This document shows, piece after piece, positions 6,498 to 14,782 of a DNA stretch of 53,205 nt; the first letter of the stretch is position 1; every line of letters starts with the position of its first letter. The DNA comes from Myxococcota bacterium (GTDB lineage: Bacteria; Myxococcota_A; UBA796; CAJQPC01), in assembly GCA_036337845.1 (NCBI GenBank), contig JAYZDK010000098.1, forward strand, positions 1 through 53,205, given 5' to 3'. The position numbers were made by a program, and so were the translations under genes. A model generated the notes under the pieces. It had not been told where the DNA came from. It saw only the letters and a list, made by a program, of their open reading frames with translations, and did not search any database.

Positions 6498-8853
6498 ATG
6501 CTGTGGGGCGATGAAACAACAGAATCATCGGGGGCAGCACAAATAGATCACAGAGAAGCGCCACCAGGATTACCACCCCACCCACACCTCCAAAATTGAA
6601 ATTCGTGGGAAATGTGCTCAGCAGGTTCACAAAGAACCCGGTCACCAACACAATGGTCGTCACCAATACCGCCCGGCCACTGTTCACGATGGCCTCCGTC
6701 AAAGCGGCTCGTTGATCGAGGCCTCGTTCCAACTCCTCGAGGTATCGAGCCAGCAGGTGGATGGTGTCATCCACCGCAATACCCAGCGCCACGGTAAACA
6801 CCACACCAGTGGCCGGCTCAAGCTCCCAACCCAAAAGCCCCAGCATGCCGTAGCCCACCACCAGAGGCAGTGCGTTGGGCACCACACACAGCAATCCCAA
6901 CCGAAGATTCCGAACCAGGAGCATCAACAGCACCGTCACCACAAAGAACGCCAGGCTCAGACTGTCTCGGAGATCAAAGACAATCCGATTGATTCCGGCG
7001 TAGGCCACCACCGGAGTGCCCGAGGCAAAGGTTGTGATTCCGTGTCGGCCGAGCGCCTCGGACACATTCGCGTCCATCGCTTGACGCAGCCCTCCAAACC
7101 TCAGCGCCCCCACATCCTCACAATAGATGGCCAACTGTGCCCGGTCTTTGTTTTCGGAGACCGCCTGATGACCAATCGTTGAGCTCTCCAGGCGCTGATA
7201 GATATGCTCGGCTACCGAACGGGACCGAGGCACCTCAAGCGGCCCACCCAAGGCCCGACTTCCCAAGGCGAGAACAGAAGCCGGACTGCTCGTCCAGCGA
7301 ACCCCCTCCAACCGTCGGGCTTCCTCTTCCAGCCCGTCTATAGCCTCCAGAACCTCCGGGTTCGCAAAGGCTCCGGGAGAAGCCTGGAGGTCATAACGAA
7401 GGGCAATGATTCCCCCCAACTCCTCGTCCACCAGCCGGTTGGCCTCGCTTGCTGGGAGGTCTACCGGCAAGGTGCGTGTCAGCCAATTGTTGACCACCAC
7501 ACGACTCCCAAACCCCATCGACACCAGGCACACCACAAGTGCTACCAGCAAGCAGAGTTTGGGCTGCTCAACGCTCACGTCCGCGCAGCGCCTGAGCCAG
7601 CGGCTCATGGTTCCTGTTCTGGAGCCTCCGCCTGTGGCTTTGGGTCGCACCACTGAAAGCAACAGCGGTATCAAGATGAGAACCCCAGCGTAAGACAACG
7701 CGATTCCAGCCGCCGCGTACAGCCCAAAGCTCCTGAGCACCGGCATCTGAGCCATCTCCAAGGACAAAAAGCCAACCACCGTGGTCAACGTGGTCATCAA
7801 GCAGGCCGCTCCCACATGCTGCATAGCGCTTGTCACAGCAGCATTCCGAACCGCCAGGCTCGGCACCTGGCCCTCCGGTGTGTTCTTGCGAATCTCCTCT
7901 CGAAACCGACTGACCATGTGAATCGCATCGGCCACAGCAATCACGGGGATCAACGTGAAATAGGCCTGGTTCAAGAGCGAAATGGGCTCCCCCACCCAGC
8001 CCATCAACCCGAACAACATGAGCGTAGGCAACAGCGCCGCGAGCATGGGCACGAACACCCCATAGGCACTTCGAAACAATAGAGAGAGCAGGATCAGCAC
8101 CAGCACGAACGCAATGGGAACCAAGCGCTGCTGCTCGTCGAGAATCATTCTCGATACCAGGCCCCGAACCATCGGCACCCCCCCGACAAGCAGCCTCAGC
8201 TCCCTATCAGCACCAAACTCTTCGGCGACGGTCTGCAATCGTTCCACCACTGGGCGAACCAAGGCGATGTCATCCACATCGATGCCCAGCTCCACAATCA
8301 ACGCTGCATACTGCCCATCTTCCGAAAGCAGTGCTGGAACAAGAAGCGGGTCGGCAAGAAGCTCCTGCTCCCAAGCTCTCCAGGCCTCCTGACCCAAATC
8401 CTCCGCTGGTACGGTTGCCAATAGAGGCACCGGCAGCGTCGCCCCCAAGAAGTCCCGCTTGAACCGAGGCACTTCCACTGCGCTGAGCACTTGGGCCACC
8501 GCCGGGTCTTCTCCGAGTAGCTCCCCAAGCTCCTGGAGTTGTTCCAAGCGGTCACGGGCCAGAAGGGTCTCCCCACCACCATCGACAACCACAATCAAGC
8601 CATCATCGTCCTCCCCCCAATAGGACTTGAACTCCTCCAACTGAGTCGCAGCCTGTCCCTCACCCGCAAAGAATGCTCGCGCACTGAAATCCACCTGAAG
8701 CCCCGTGACACCAGCCACAAGCACCCCGAAGCAAAACAAGACCCCCACCCCGAAGAGCAGGCGCCTGGCGAGCACGATTCTTGCGAGCGCGAGGAACATC
8801 TCGAGCCGAGATACTACCGCCATTCCATGAATGCCTGGCCGGTCTCGGTACAC
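6469..8853 (-). CDS. RND-superfamily exporter of the MMPL/HpnN-like type
   Basis: 794-aa ORF with two blocks of ~6 hydrophobic helices, each preceded by a large soluble loop. Duplicated motifs IPVIAVADAIHMVSRF and ALGIAVDDTIHLLARY are typical of MMPL/SSD exporters. The start is uncertain (8853, 8823 or 8799). Confidence 0.8.
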   Translation of the reverse strand: MYRDRPGIHGMAVVSRLEMFLALARIVLARRLLFGVGVLFCFGVLVAGVTGLQVDFSARAFFAGEGQAATQLEEFKSYWGEDDDGLIVVVDGGGETLLARDRLEQLQELGELLGEDPAVAQVLSAVEVPRFKRDFLGATLPVPLLATVPAEDLGQEAWRAWEQELLADPLLVPALLSEDGQYAALIVELGIDVDDIALVRPVVERLQTVAEEFGADRELRLLVGGVPMVRGLVSRMILDEQQRLVPIAFVLVLILLSLLFRSAYGVFVPMLAALLPTLMLFGLMGWVGEPISLLNQAYFTLIPVIAVADAIHMVSRFREEIRKNTPEGQVPSLAVRNAAVTSAMQHVGAACLMTTLTTVVGFLSLEMAQMPVLRSFGLYAAAGIALSYAGVLILIPLLLSVVRPKATGGGSRTGTMSRWLRRCADVSVEQPKLCLLVALVVCLVSMGFGSRVVVNNWLTRTLPVDLPASEANRLVDEELGGIIALRYDLQASPGAFANPEVLEAIDGLEEEARRLEGVRWTSSPASVLALGSRALGGPLEVPRSRSVAEHIYQRLESSTIGHQAVSENKDRAQLAIYCEDVGALRFGGLRQAMDANVSEALGRHGITTFASGTPVVAYAGINRIVFDLRDSLSLAFFVVTVLLMLLVRNLRLGLLCVVPNALPLVVGYGMLGLLGWELEPATGVVFTVALGIAVDDTIHLLARYLEELERGLDQRAALTEAIVNSGRAVLVTTIVLVTGFFVNLLSTFPTNFNFGGVGGVVILVALLCDLFVLPPMILLFHRPTAFKEKVSAHS

Positions 8854-8861
8854 TTCCTGTT

Positions 8862-10226
8862 GTGATCTATTTGATTTCCCTCATTGCAACGGCTCTCTTG
8901 TCCAATCAGGCCTGGGCCACAGAAGTCACGTTGGCTGTTCATGATGCGCCAGGGCCTCCCAGCGAAACCTGTGACCAGGCCCTCTCCAGAAAACCACGGC
9001 CGACCCGAACTACCAGCGGCAACAAACCGCCACCCCCACCGAACATGGACGGCTGGACCCTCCGGAAACTCGTCGATTTGTCTCCCACCGGCCAAGCCCC
9101 TCCCGTGCCAATTGAAGGGGATGAGTCTGTCCTCACTGCCATTGCTTCTATGTTCTCTCGGGCCGATTCCGGAGAAACCATAAGAATCAGCGTGCTCGGA
9201 GCATCCCACACCGAGGCGGACTTCTTCACTGGAGAAATCAGGCGCCAGCTTCAAGACCGGTATGGAGATGCAGGGCACGGGTTTGTGATGCCCGCCGTGC
9301 CCTGGAAAAGCTATCGCGCCCAGGACACAAACCTCTGCTACACGCCACACTGGACAGGGGCCTGGGCGGGAAAAAACGCCAAGACTCCGTTCATGGGGGT
9401 CGGTGGGGTCACAGCCAGCGCCTCAGACCCCAATGCATTCGGATGGGTGGAAACCACGAAGAACAACCCCATGGGACGTACGGTCTCGTCCTGGACCCTC
9501 TTCCTGGAAGGTCGTACCGATGGCGGAGTCTTGCTCGCCGAAATCGACGGAACGTCGCACATACGCCAGTCCACACAGCGGGCCACGCAGGAGCTCATCA
9601 CCCTGCGAATCAATGTGCCGAAAGGCCCCCACCGGATCACACTTCGGCCCGGAGGCGATGGCCCCACAACCCTCCTGGGACTCTCGGCCGAGTCCGGACT
9701 GCCCGGTGTCATCGTAGATTCCATGGGCGTTCGCGGCAGTAGTATTCGCACCTGGAAAAACATGGCAGAAGCCACTTTTGCGCAAGGGTTGAAAACGCTG
9801 GGTCCCGACCTCGTCATTCTTGCTTACGGCACCAACGAGGTTCGTGATCCCCACTACAGCACAGCCGCCTACAGATCCGACTTGGACCACGCCCTTGGTC
9901 TTCTAAAAGACACCCTTCCCGGTGCTGCCTGTCTATTGATAGGCCCCTCCGATCGTTCTCTTCCGGTCACACCGGATACGGTGGCTACCTTTGATCGCAC
10001 CGCCGTATTTGCGGCAGCCCAAAAAGCGGCCGCCAAGCGACACGGCTGTGCCAGCTGGGACTGGCAAAAAGCCACTGGAGGGCCTGGAGCTCAAGCCACC
10101 TGGAACACCCATGAGCCTTCTTGGGTGGCACCCGATTGGGTTCATTTCACACCCGAGGGCTACCGGGAAGTTGCAGGCCTGTTTCTCAGCGCTCTGGAAG
10201 AGGTCGCCCCCTCTATCGGGCAGTAA
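8862..10226 (+). CDS. Secreted SGNH/GDSL-like hydrolase or acyltransferase with a central beta-rich insert (variant block I, GASH)
   Basis: Paralogue of 10213..11682. Block I ISVLGASHTE, block III ILAYGTNE, block V PDWVHFT (DxxH). The in-frame GTG at 8862 gives a signal-like VIYLISLIATALLSNQAWA and avoids a 70-nt overlap with the divergent MMPL gene. The track start is 8781. Confidence 0.6.
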   Translation: MIYLISLIATALLSNQAWATEVTLAVHDAPGPPSETCDQALSRKPRPTRTTSGNKPPPPPNMDGWTLRKLVDLSPTGQAPPVPIEGDESVLTAIASMFSRADSGETIRISVLGASHTEADFFTGEIRRQLQDRYGDAGHGFVMPAVPWKSYRAQDTNLCYTPHWTGAWAGKNAKTPFMGVGGVTASASDPNAFGWVETTKNNPMGRTVSSWTLFLEGRTDGGVLLAEIDGTSHIRQSTQRATQELITLRINVPKGPHRITLRPGGDGPTTLLGLSAESGLPGVIVDSMGVRGSSIRTWKNMAEATFAQGLKTLGPDLVILAYGTNEVRDPHYSTAAYRSDLDHALGLLKDTLPGAACLLIGPSDRSLPVTPDTVATFDRTAVFAAAQKAAAKRHGCASWDWQKATGGPGAQATWNTHEPSWVAPDWVHFTPEGYREVAGLFLSALEEVAPSIGQ

Positions 10227-11682
10227 ATCCCGGCGGCGCTGTATCCAGGGCCACCTGCACGCTCTTCCACTGGTCATACGCATCGAGAATGGCATCCGCC
10301 AGCGACTCTCCAACCAGCGCCCGGCCTTCCTTGGAGAGATGCATCAAGTCCGTCCAGGCCAGCGGGGGGTCCATGTTCAGCCACCGCGCATAGCTACCGT
10401 CTCCTCCCATGACACTCCAGGGGTCCCAGAACGCACAGCCAGCCTGTTGAGCCGCCTTTCTCTGAAGCTCCACCATCTTGCTCAACAGCGGTTTGCTGAC
10501 AATCTGACCCCGAACTCGAATGGCCTGATCTATCGGGCCAATCAATAAACAAGACGCCTCCGGCGCACCCGCCCGAATGCGGTCCAAGACCTCGAGATAC
10601 TCCCACATAAAAGCCTCGCCGTCGGCTTCCACAAAGGAATCGTACTCCATTTCGTTTCCGCCGGTCTGGTAGACCAACAGGTCGGGAACCCGACGCTCTA
10701 CCTGACCCACAAGGTGCGTCAGATTCTGACGCCGCATCGAGGCCACAGACGAGCCCGCAACAGCCAGAGTCTCCCAAGTAAGCCCCGGCCCCTGGGTTTC
10801 GATGCTGACCCCATACACTGTGACCGGCCCATCAGAACCTGTATACAGCCGCAGATAGGCCGCGCCCTCGGCGGGCTCGATCGTGACAAACGCATCGCCC
10901 ACTTCAGAACTGGACGTGGAGAACCGCAACGGCTCTGCCCGATCCGCGGACAAACTGAGCGTACCTCCACGAGGTTGACGCTGGTAGTGAACGTCAAAAC
11001 GATGCGTCAGTTGCCGCTGCCCCTCGACCTTCATCCCTCCGAGGGTCGCCTTCGCTCGCCCATCCACTTTGGCTACGATGCCAGAGAGGCCATACCGCCT
11101 GAAACTTGCACCACCTTGAGTGATGTTCTTCGAGCCCCAATCCCCCTTCGGCCACCTGGCAATCCCCGGACGCACCACCCATCTCGGGTCAACTTTGATC
11201 GGTAAAAACCCAGGTCCCCCATCTCCAAAAACGTCCTGTAAACGACTCCGAACCGTACCCGTGACGCCATCGGCTGCAATGGTCGAATCCCCCCAGTGGA
11301 GCACCCGCACAATGCGATTGGGCTGGCCGACCTCCGCCTCCAGCAAGCCCTGAAAGAACCCATCCATGAGGCCCTCTTCAAACTCCAGAGACGTGGGGTG
11401 CGCAGGCGGGCGATGCGGGAGACGCTCCCAGGAGTCGGCCGCCAACCCGGTGTCTTCTTGGTCCCAACCCGGCGGTGACGCCTCGGAGTTGATGTCTGCG
11501 ACAGATGGGCCCGGAGCTTCCTCAACAAAGTGAAGCAATGGAACGGGCTCTCCATCGACCCAGGGCTTGTAGGCATTCAAGTCTGGAACCACCAGCGCCT
11601 CCAGAAGAAACGCAGCCACAAACAACAAGAAGACCCCCAGGTCCTGCAATTCACGGCGATGGCTCATGGGAGGCGTCGACAT
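10213..11682 (-). CDS. Secreted SGNH/GDSL-like hydrolase or acyltransferase with a central beta-rich insert (AlgX/AlgJ-like role inferred from context)
   Basis: N-terminal TM/signal LGVFLLFVAAFLLEALVV. Block I RVLHWGDSTIA, block III LVYQTGGNE, block V WTDLMHLS (DxxH). A ~150-aa insert lies between blocks I and III. Sits immediately downstream of the MBOAT gene. Confidence 0.7.
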   Translation of the reverse strand: MSTPPMSHRRELQDLGVFLLFVAAFLLEALVVPDLNAYKPWVDGEPVPLLHFVEEAPGPSVADINSEASPPGWDQEDTGLAADSWERLPHRPPAHPTSLEFEEGLMDGFFQGLLEAEVGQPNRIVRVLHWGDSTIAADGVTGTVRSRLQDVFGDGGPGFLPIKVDPRWVVRPGIARWPKGDWGSKNITQGGASFRRYGLSGIVAKVDGRAKATLGGMKVEGQRQLTHRFDVHYQRQPRGGTLSLSADRAEPLRFSTSSSEVGDAFVTIEPAEGAAYLRLYTGSDGPVTVYGVSIETQGPGLTWETLAVAGSSVASMRRQNLTHLVGQVERRVPDLLVYQTGGNEMEYDSFVEADGEAFMWEYLEVLDRIRAGAPEASCLLIGPIDQAIRVRGQIVSKPLLSKMVELQRKAAQQAGCAFWDPWSVMGGDGSYARWLNMDPPLAWTDLMHLSKEGRALVGESLADAILDAYDQWKSVQVALDTAPPGFTAR

Positions 11683-11728
11683 CCCTTGGATTCCCGGGAA
11701 ACAGGCTGTTGACGTGAAAACCTATCTC

Positions 11729-13141
11729 CTAGAATCGATAGTAGACGAATGCAACCGATTCGCCAGCACCAATTTTCATACACAAGGCTGCCAACAGGCC
11801 CAGCCCTAGAGCCCAAAAAGCAGGGCCACCACGAACAAATGCGGAGCGAACCTTACGCTCGACCGAATCTCCCACCCCGTGCAAGGCATAGCCTAAGAAC
11901 AACAAACCCCAGCAGACCAAGGAAAAACGCGGCCAGGCCCACTCGGCGCGCAGCAGCGATTCCACCACCTCGAGCGCCATCCCAAAATCGGGAGCCCGAA
12001 AGAGGATTCGCGCAAACACCACAAAGTGAAAAGTCAGCGCAAAGCGCCAGAACCACGCCCATACGCCTGGGGGCTGTTTACCTGTGGGGCGGCCGTGCTT
12101 TTTTCGAAGCCAGCGGTTCAAGCAAACCGCAACCCCGTGAAGAAGGCCATACACAACAAAGTTCCAAGAAGCCCCATGCCAGACGCCTATCACCAGCAAC
12201 GTCAGCATCAGGTTTCGATACACCTTCCATTCGGAAGAAACCCTCGCCCCTCCCAAACCAAAGTAGACGTAGTCCCGAACCCAGTTGCTCAGAGTGATGT
12301 GCCAGCGTCTCCAAAAATCACTCACAGAAGTAGCCGCATACGGCCGTCGGAAATTCTCCGGCAAGTGAATTCCAAACAGCCGGGCCGAACCAATGGCGAT
12401 GTCCGTGTACCCGGAGAAATCACAGTAGACCTGCAAGGTATAGGCATACAGGGCAACCAGAACCTCAGGCGAAGTAAATGCAGAAGGTTCCTGGAATACC
12501 GGGCCCACCACGCCAAGCCGCAGGGTGTCGGCAATAACCACCTTCTTGAACATCCCGGTTCCGATCCGGTACAGCCCTTCCCCCACATCTCCCCTGGCCA
12601 AGAGCTGGGGTTTCGAAAGCTGCGGCAATAGCTGTCCCATTCGGACAATCGGGCCTGCCACAAGCTGTGGGAAAAAGGCAATGAATGTCCCAAACCGCAG
12701 CGGGTTTCGTTCTGCACCGGCCCCCTTCCGAACATCCATCAGGTACGCCGCAGCCTGGAACGTGAAAAACGAAATCCCTACGGGAAGCCCGAGTGAGGAC
12801 CTGGGAATCCAGGAAATCCCCTCCCCAAAACCCATCAAATGCTCGGCGCTATCAGCCACCCAGTTCCAGTACTTGAAGAGCAGAAGCGGAAGAAACAGCA
12901 GCGCCACCACCCAGCCCTGACCGCGGAGCCCTCCACGATTGGCATGCTCAATCCACAACCCTCCCGCCCAGGCGACCAAAACCACTCCCAGGAGCAGCGG
13001 CAGATACCCGATGCTCCACGAGGCATAGAACACCAAGGATCCCAACGCAAGAACGCGCAGCCGCACCCGCTCGGGGACCAGCCAGTAGGCTCCCAAGGTC
13101 AGCGGTAGAAAAACCAGGTAGTCCAGCGAGTGAAACAGCAC
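11729..13141 (-). CDS. MBOAT-family membrane-bound O-acyltransferase (AlgI/DltB/PatA-like)
   Basis: Multi-pass membrane protein with the typical N-terminus (V)LFHSLDYLVFLPLTL and the MBOAT His region VIGVWHGASWNFVVYGLLHG. The GTG at 13141 lies 10 nt after the upstream stop. Alternative starts are 13180 (ATG) or the track start 13321, both of which overlap the upstream gene. Confidence 0.85.
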   Translation of the reverse strand: MLFHSLDYLVFLPLTLGAYWLVPERVRLRVLALGSLVFYASWSIGYLPLLLGVVLVAWAGGLWIEHANRGGLRGQGWVVALLFLPLLLFKYWNWVADSAEHLMGFGEGISWIPRSSLGLPVGISFFTFQAAAYLMDVRKGAGAERNPLRFGTFIAFFPQLVAGPIVRMGQLLPQLSKPQLLARGDVGEGLYRIGTGMFKKVVIADTLRLGVVGPVFQEPSAFTSPEVLVALYAYTLQVYCDFSGYTDIAIGSARLFGIHLPENFRRPYAATSVSDFWRRWHITLSNWVRDYVYFGLGGARVSSEWKVYRNLMLTLLVIGVWHGASWNFVVYGLLHGVAVCLNRWLRKKHGRPTGKQPPGVWAWFWRFALTFHFVVFARILFRAPDFGMALEVVESLLRAEWAWPRFSLVCWGLLFLGYALHGVGDSVERKVRSAFVRGGPAFWALGLGLLAALCMKIGAGESVAFVYYRF

Positions 13142-13151
13142 TGGCGGTGGT

Positions 13152-14306
13152 CTAACCCGAGACTTCGCCTCCGCGAGCATCCCGCTCATCGAGCCACTGG
13201 AGAAATTCCTCGGGATGTCCCTGGAGTACCCCGAGGACCTCTGGAGCGAGTACCCCTGCTCGGAGTTGCACCCTGCGTGCCTCCAGGCCCAACTGACGGC
13301 CCAGCTTCGCAAGAGACTCAAGGCTCAAGCTCTTTTCTCCATTTTCGACTCTGGAGAGCAAAGACCCCGAGACCCCTATGGCCTCGGCGAGCCAGGCCTG
13401 ACTCAGTCCTCTCTGAACCCGCTGAGACCGGAGCCACTCCCCAAAGGAAACCGGCTCCACAGCCACAGCTCGACTCATCGCCATCTGAGGTGGAGTGGCG
13501 TCATTGGGCCAGGTCAGCCGAGCAAATGCATCGTGCTTGTGGATGGCTTCCATGTTCTGGCACTCGACCCGAATCCAGCGCGCCCCTTCAAGGGCCCGTA
13601 GACGCAGCACGGTTTCTCGCACCATGTCTTCTACAAAACGAGGATTTTCATAGGCGCGCTCCGTGACCCATTTCTCGTCTTCACGTTTCAACAGCGCATA
13701 CAGTGGAGAAGACGCACACGCCTCAACCACCTCAACCACGTCCTCAATCCACACCATCTCATCAAAGCGCACCTGCACATCCACCAGGCTCCGCTGATTG
13801 TGAGCACCGTATTCACTGATGGCTTTGGAACAGGGGCACAGTGTCGTGACCGGCACTTCTACACCCAGCACGAAATCGAGCGTATCGCCGCGGCGCTCGG
13901 CTTCGAAACGACACTTGTACTCCATCAATGAACGAGCCCCCGAAACCGGTGCATGACGCTCCAGAAAATAGGGAAACTCCACTCGCACCCAAGCATCATC
14001 ACTTTCCAAGCGCTTCTGCACATGCGCCAGCAGGTCCGGCACCGTTCTCAGGGAAAGCTCTCCCCGAAATTCATTGAGCACCTCGACAAACCGACTCATG
14101 TGAGTGCCTTTGAACTGCTGAGGCAGCCCAACACCCATCTCGATCTGCCCCACCGTGTGCTGCTCCTTCATGGAGCGATCCCAAACCCGAATGGGGTAGG
14201 ACAGCCCTCGAATTCCTACCCGTTCAATAGGAAGGGCTCGCTCATCGGGCTCAGCCGCGTGATCGGGCAACTCCTCTCGGGTGGCGTCTTCAGTTGAGAT
14301 GGACAT
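13152..14306 (-). CDS. folE2: GTP cyclohydrolase IB (FolE2/MptA family) fused to a C-terminal XRE-type helix-turn-helix domain
   Basis: The FolE2 core is recognisable throughout: GIRGLSYPIRV, FKGTHMSRFVEVL, APVSGARSLMEY, VTTLCPCSKAISEYGAHNQRS, LLKREDEKWVTERAYENPRFVEDMVRE. A ~100-aa C-terminal extension contains FGEWLRSQRVQRGLSQAWLAEAIGVSGSLLSRVENGEKSLSLESLAKL (HTH_XRE pattern, approx. 13275-13445). Met at 14306 is preceded by GGGGGAGAG. The track start is 14360. Confidence 0.85.
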   Translation of the reverse strand: MSISTEDATREELPDHAAEPDERALPIERVGIRGLSYPIRVWDRSMKEQHTVGQIEMGVGLPQQFKGTHMSRFVEVLNEFRGELSLRTVPDLLAHVQKRLESDDAWVRVEFPYFLERHAPVSGARSLMEYKCRFEAERRGDTLDFVLGVEVPVTTLCPCSKAISEYGAHNQRSLVDVQVRFDEMVWIEDVVEVVEACASSPLYALLKREDEKWVTERAYENPRFVEDMVRETVLRLRALEGARWIRVECQNMEAIHKHDAFARLTWPNDATPPQMAMSRAVAVEPVSFGEWLRSQRVQRGLSQAWLAEAIGVSGSLLSRVENGEKSLSLESLAKLGRQLGLEARRVQLRAGVLAPEVLGVLQGHPEEFLQWLDERDARGGEVSG

Positions 14307-14349
14307 GGCTCTCTCCCCCTGCTTAAAGTCGGCTTCTATCTTGATTTTC

Positions 14350-14364
14350 TGTTTTGGCAAAACA
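14350..14364. promoter_or_regulatory. Perfect 15-bp palindrome TGTTTTG-G-CAAAACA, candidate operator in the folE2-HTH / GYD divergent region
   Basis: Read directly: TGTTTTG and CAAAACA are exact reverse complements around one central base. Located 44 nt upstream of the proposed folE2-HTH start (14306) and 68 nt upstream of the GYD start (14432), in the most AT-rich stretch of this region. Confidence 0.35.
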
Positions 14365-14431
14365 TATTTGACCGAACAGGCAAGCCGTCCAGTGATATGT
14401 TGCTGACTTCTCAGTAGACAAGGATGGGCTC

Positions 14432-14782
14432 ATGCCGCAGTGGATTCGAATGGCAAAACTGACCGGCGAGGGCATCAAGAAGGTTCGCGGCGGGCAACTC
14501 ACACTCCTTGGAGAGGTTCGACAAGCCATCGAGAAAGAAGGCGGGAAACTGGTAGGCGCCTGGGCGACCGTGGGTCGATACGACATCATCTCGCTGGTAG
14601 AAGCACCCGACGAGCAGACCATGCTCAACATCGACGCCGCCGTAGCCGGAATGCGCATCTACCACTCGGAAACGCTGCCAGCGATCCCCATGGAAGACTT
14701 CATGACTGCCTTTTCCAGCTCCCCAAACCTAGGGCTCTTTCTGGAAAGCTGGCTGCAGGGCCGCGGCAATTCCAGGCGTTAG
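14432..14782 (+). CDS. GYD-domain protein
   Basis: MPQWIRMAKLTGEGIKKV...GAWATVGRYDIISLVEAPDEQTM matches the GYD-family pattern (MP.Y..L.K.T..G ... G.YD....E.PD). Confidence 0.7.
   Translation: MPQWIRMAKLTGEGIKKVRGGQLTLLGEVRQAIEKEGGKLVGAWATVGRYDIISLVEAPDEQTMLNIDAAVAGMRIYHSETLPAIPMEDFMTAFSSSPNLGLFLESWLQGRGNSRR

Noticed and set aside
14366-14400. Sigma70-like promoter for the GYD gene (TTGACC ... TGATAT)
   Set aside because: The spacing is ~19 nt and the -10 match is poor. I could not support a confident promoter call on either strand of this region from sequence alone.
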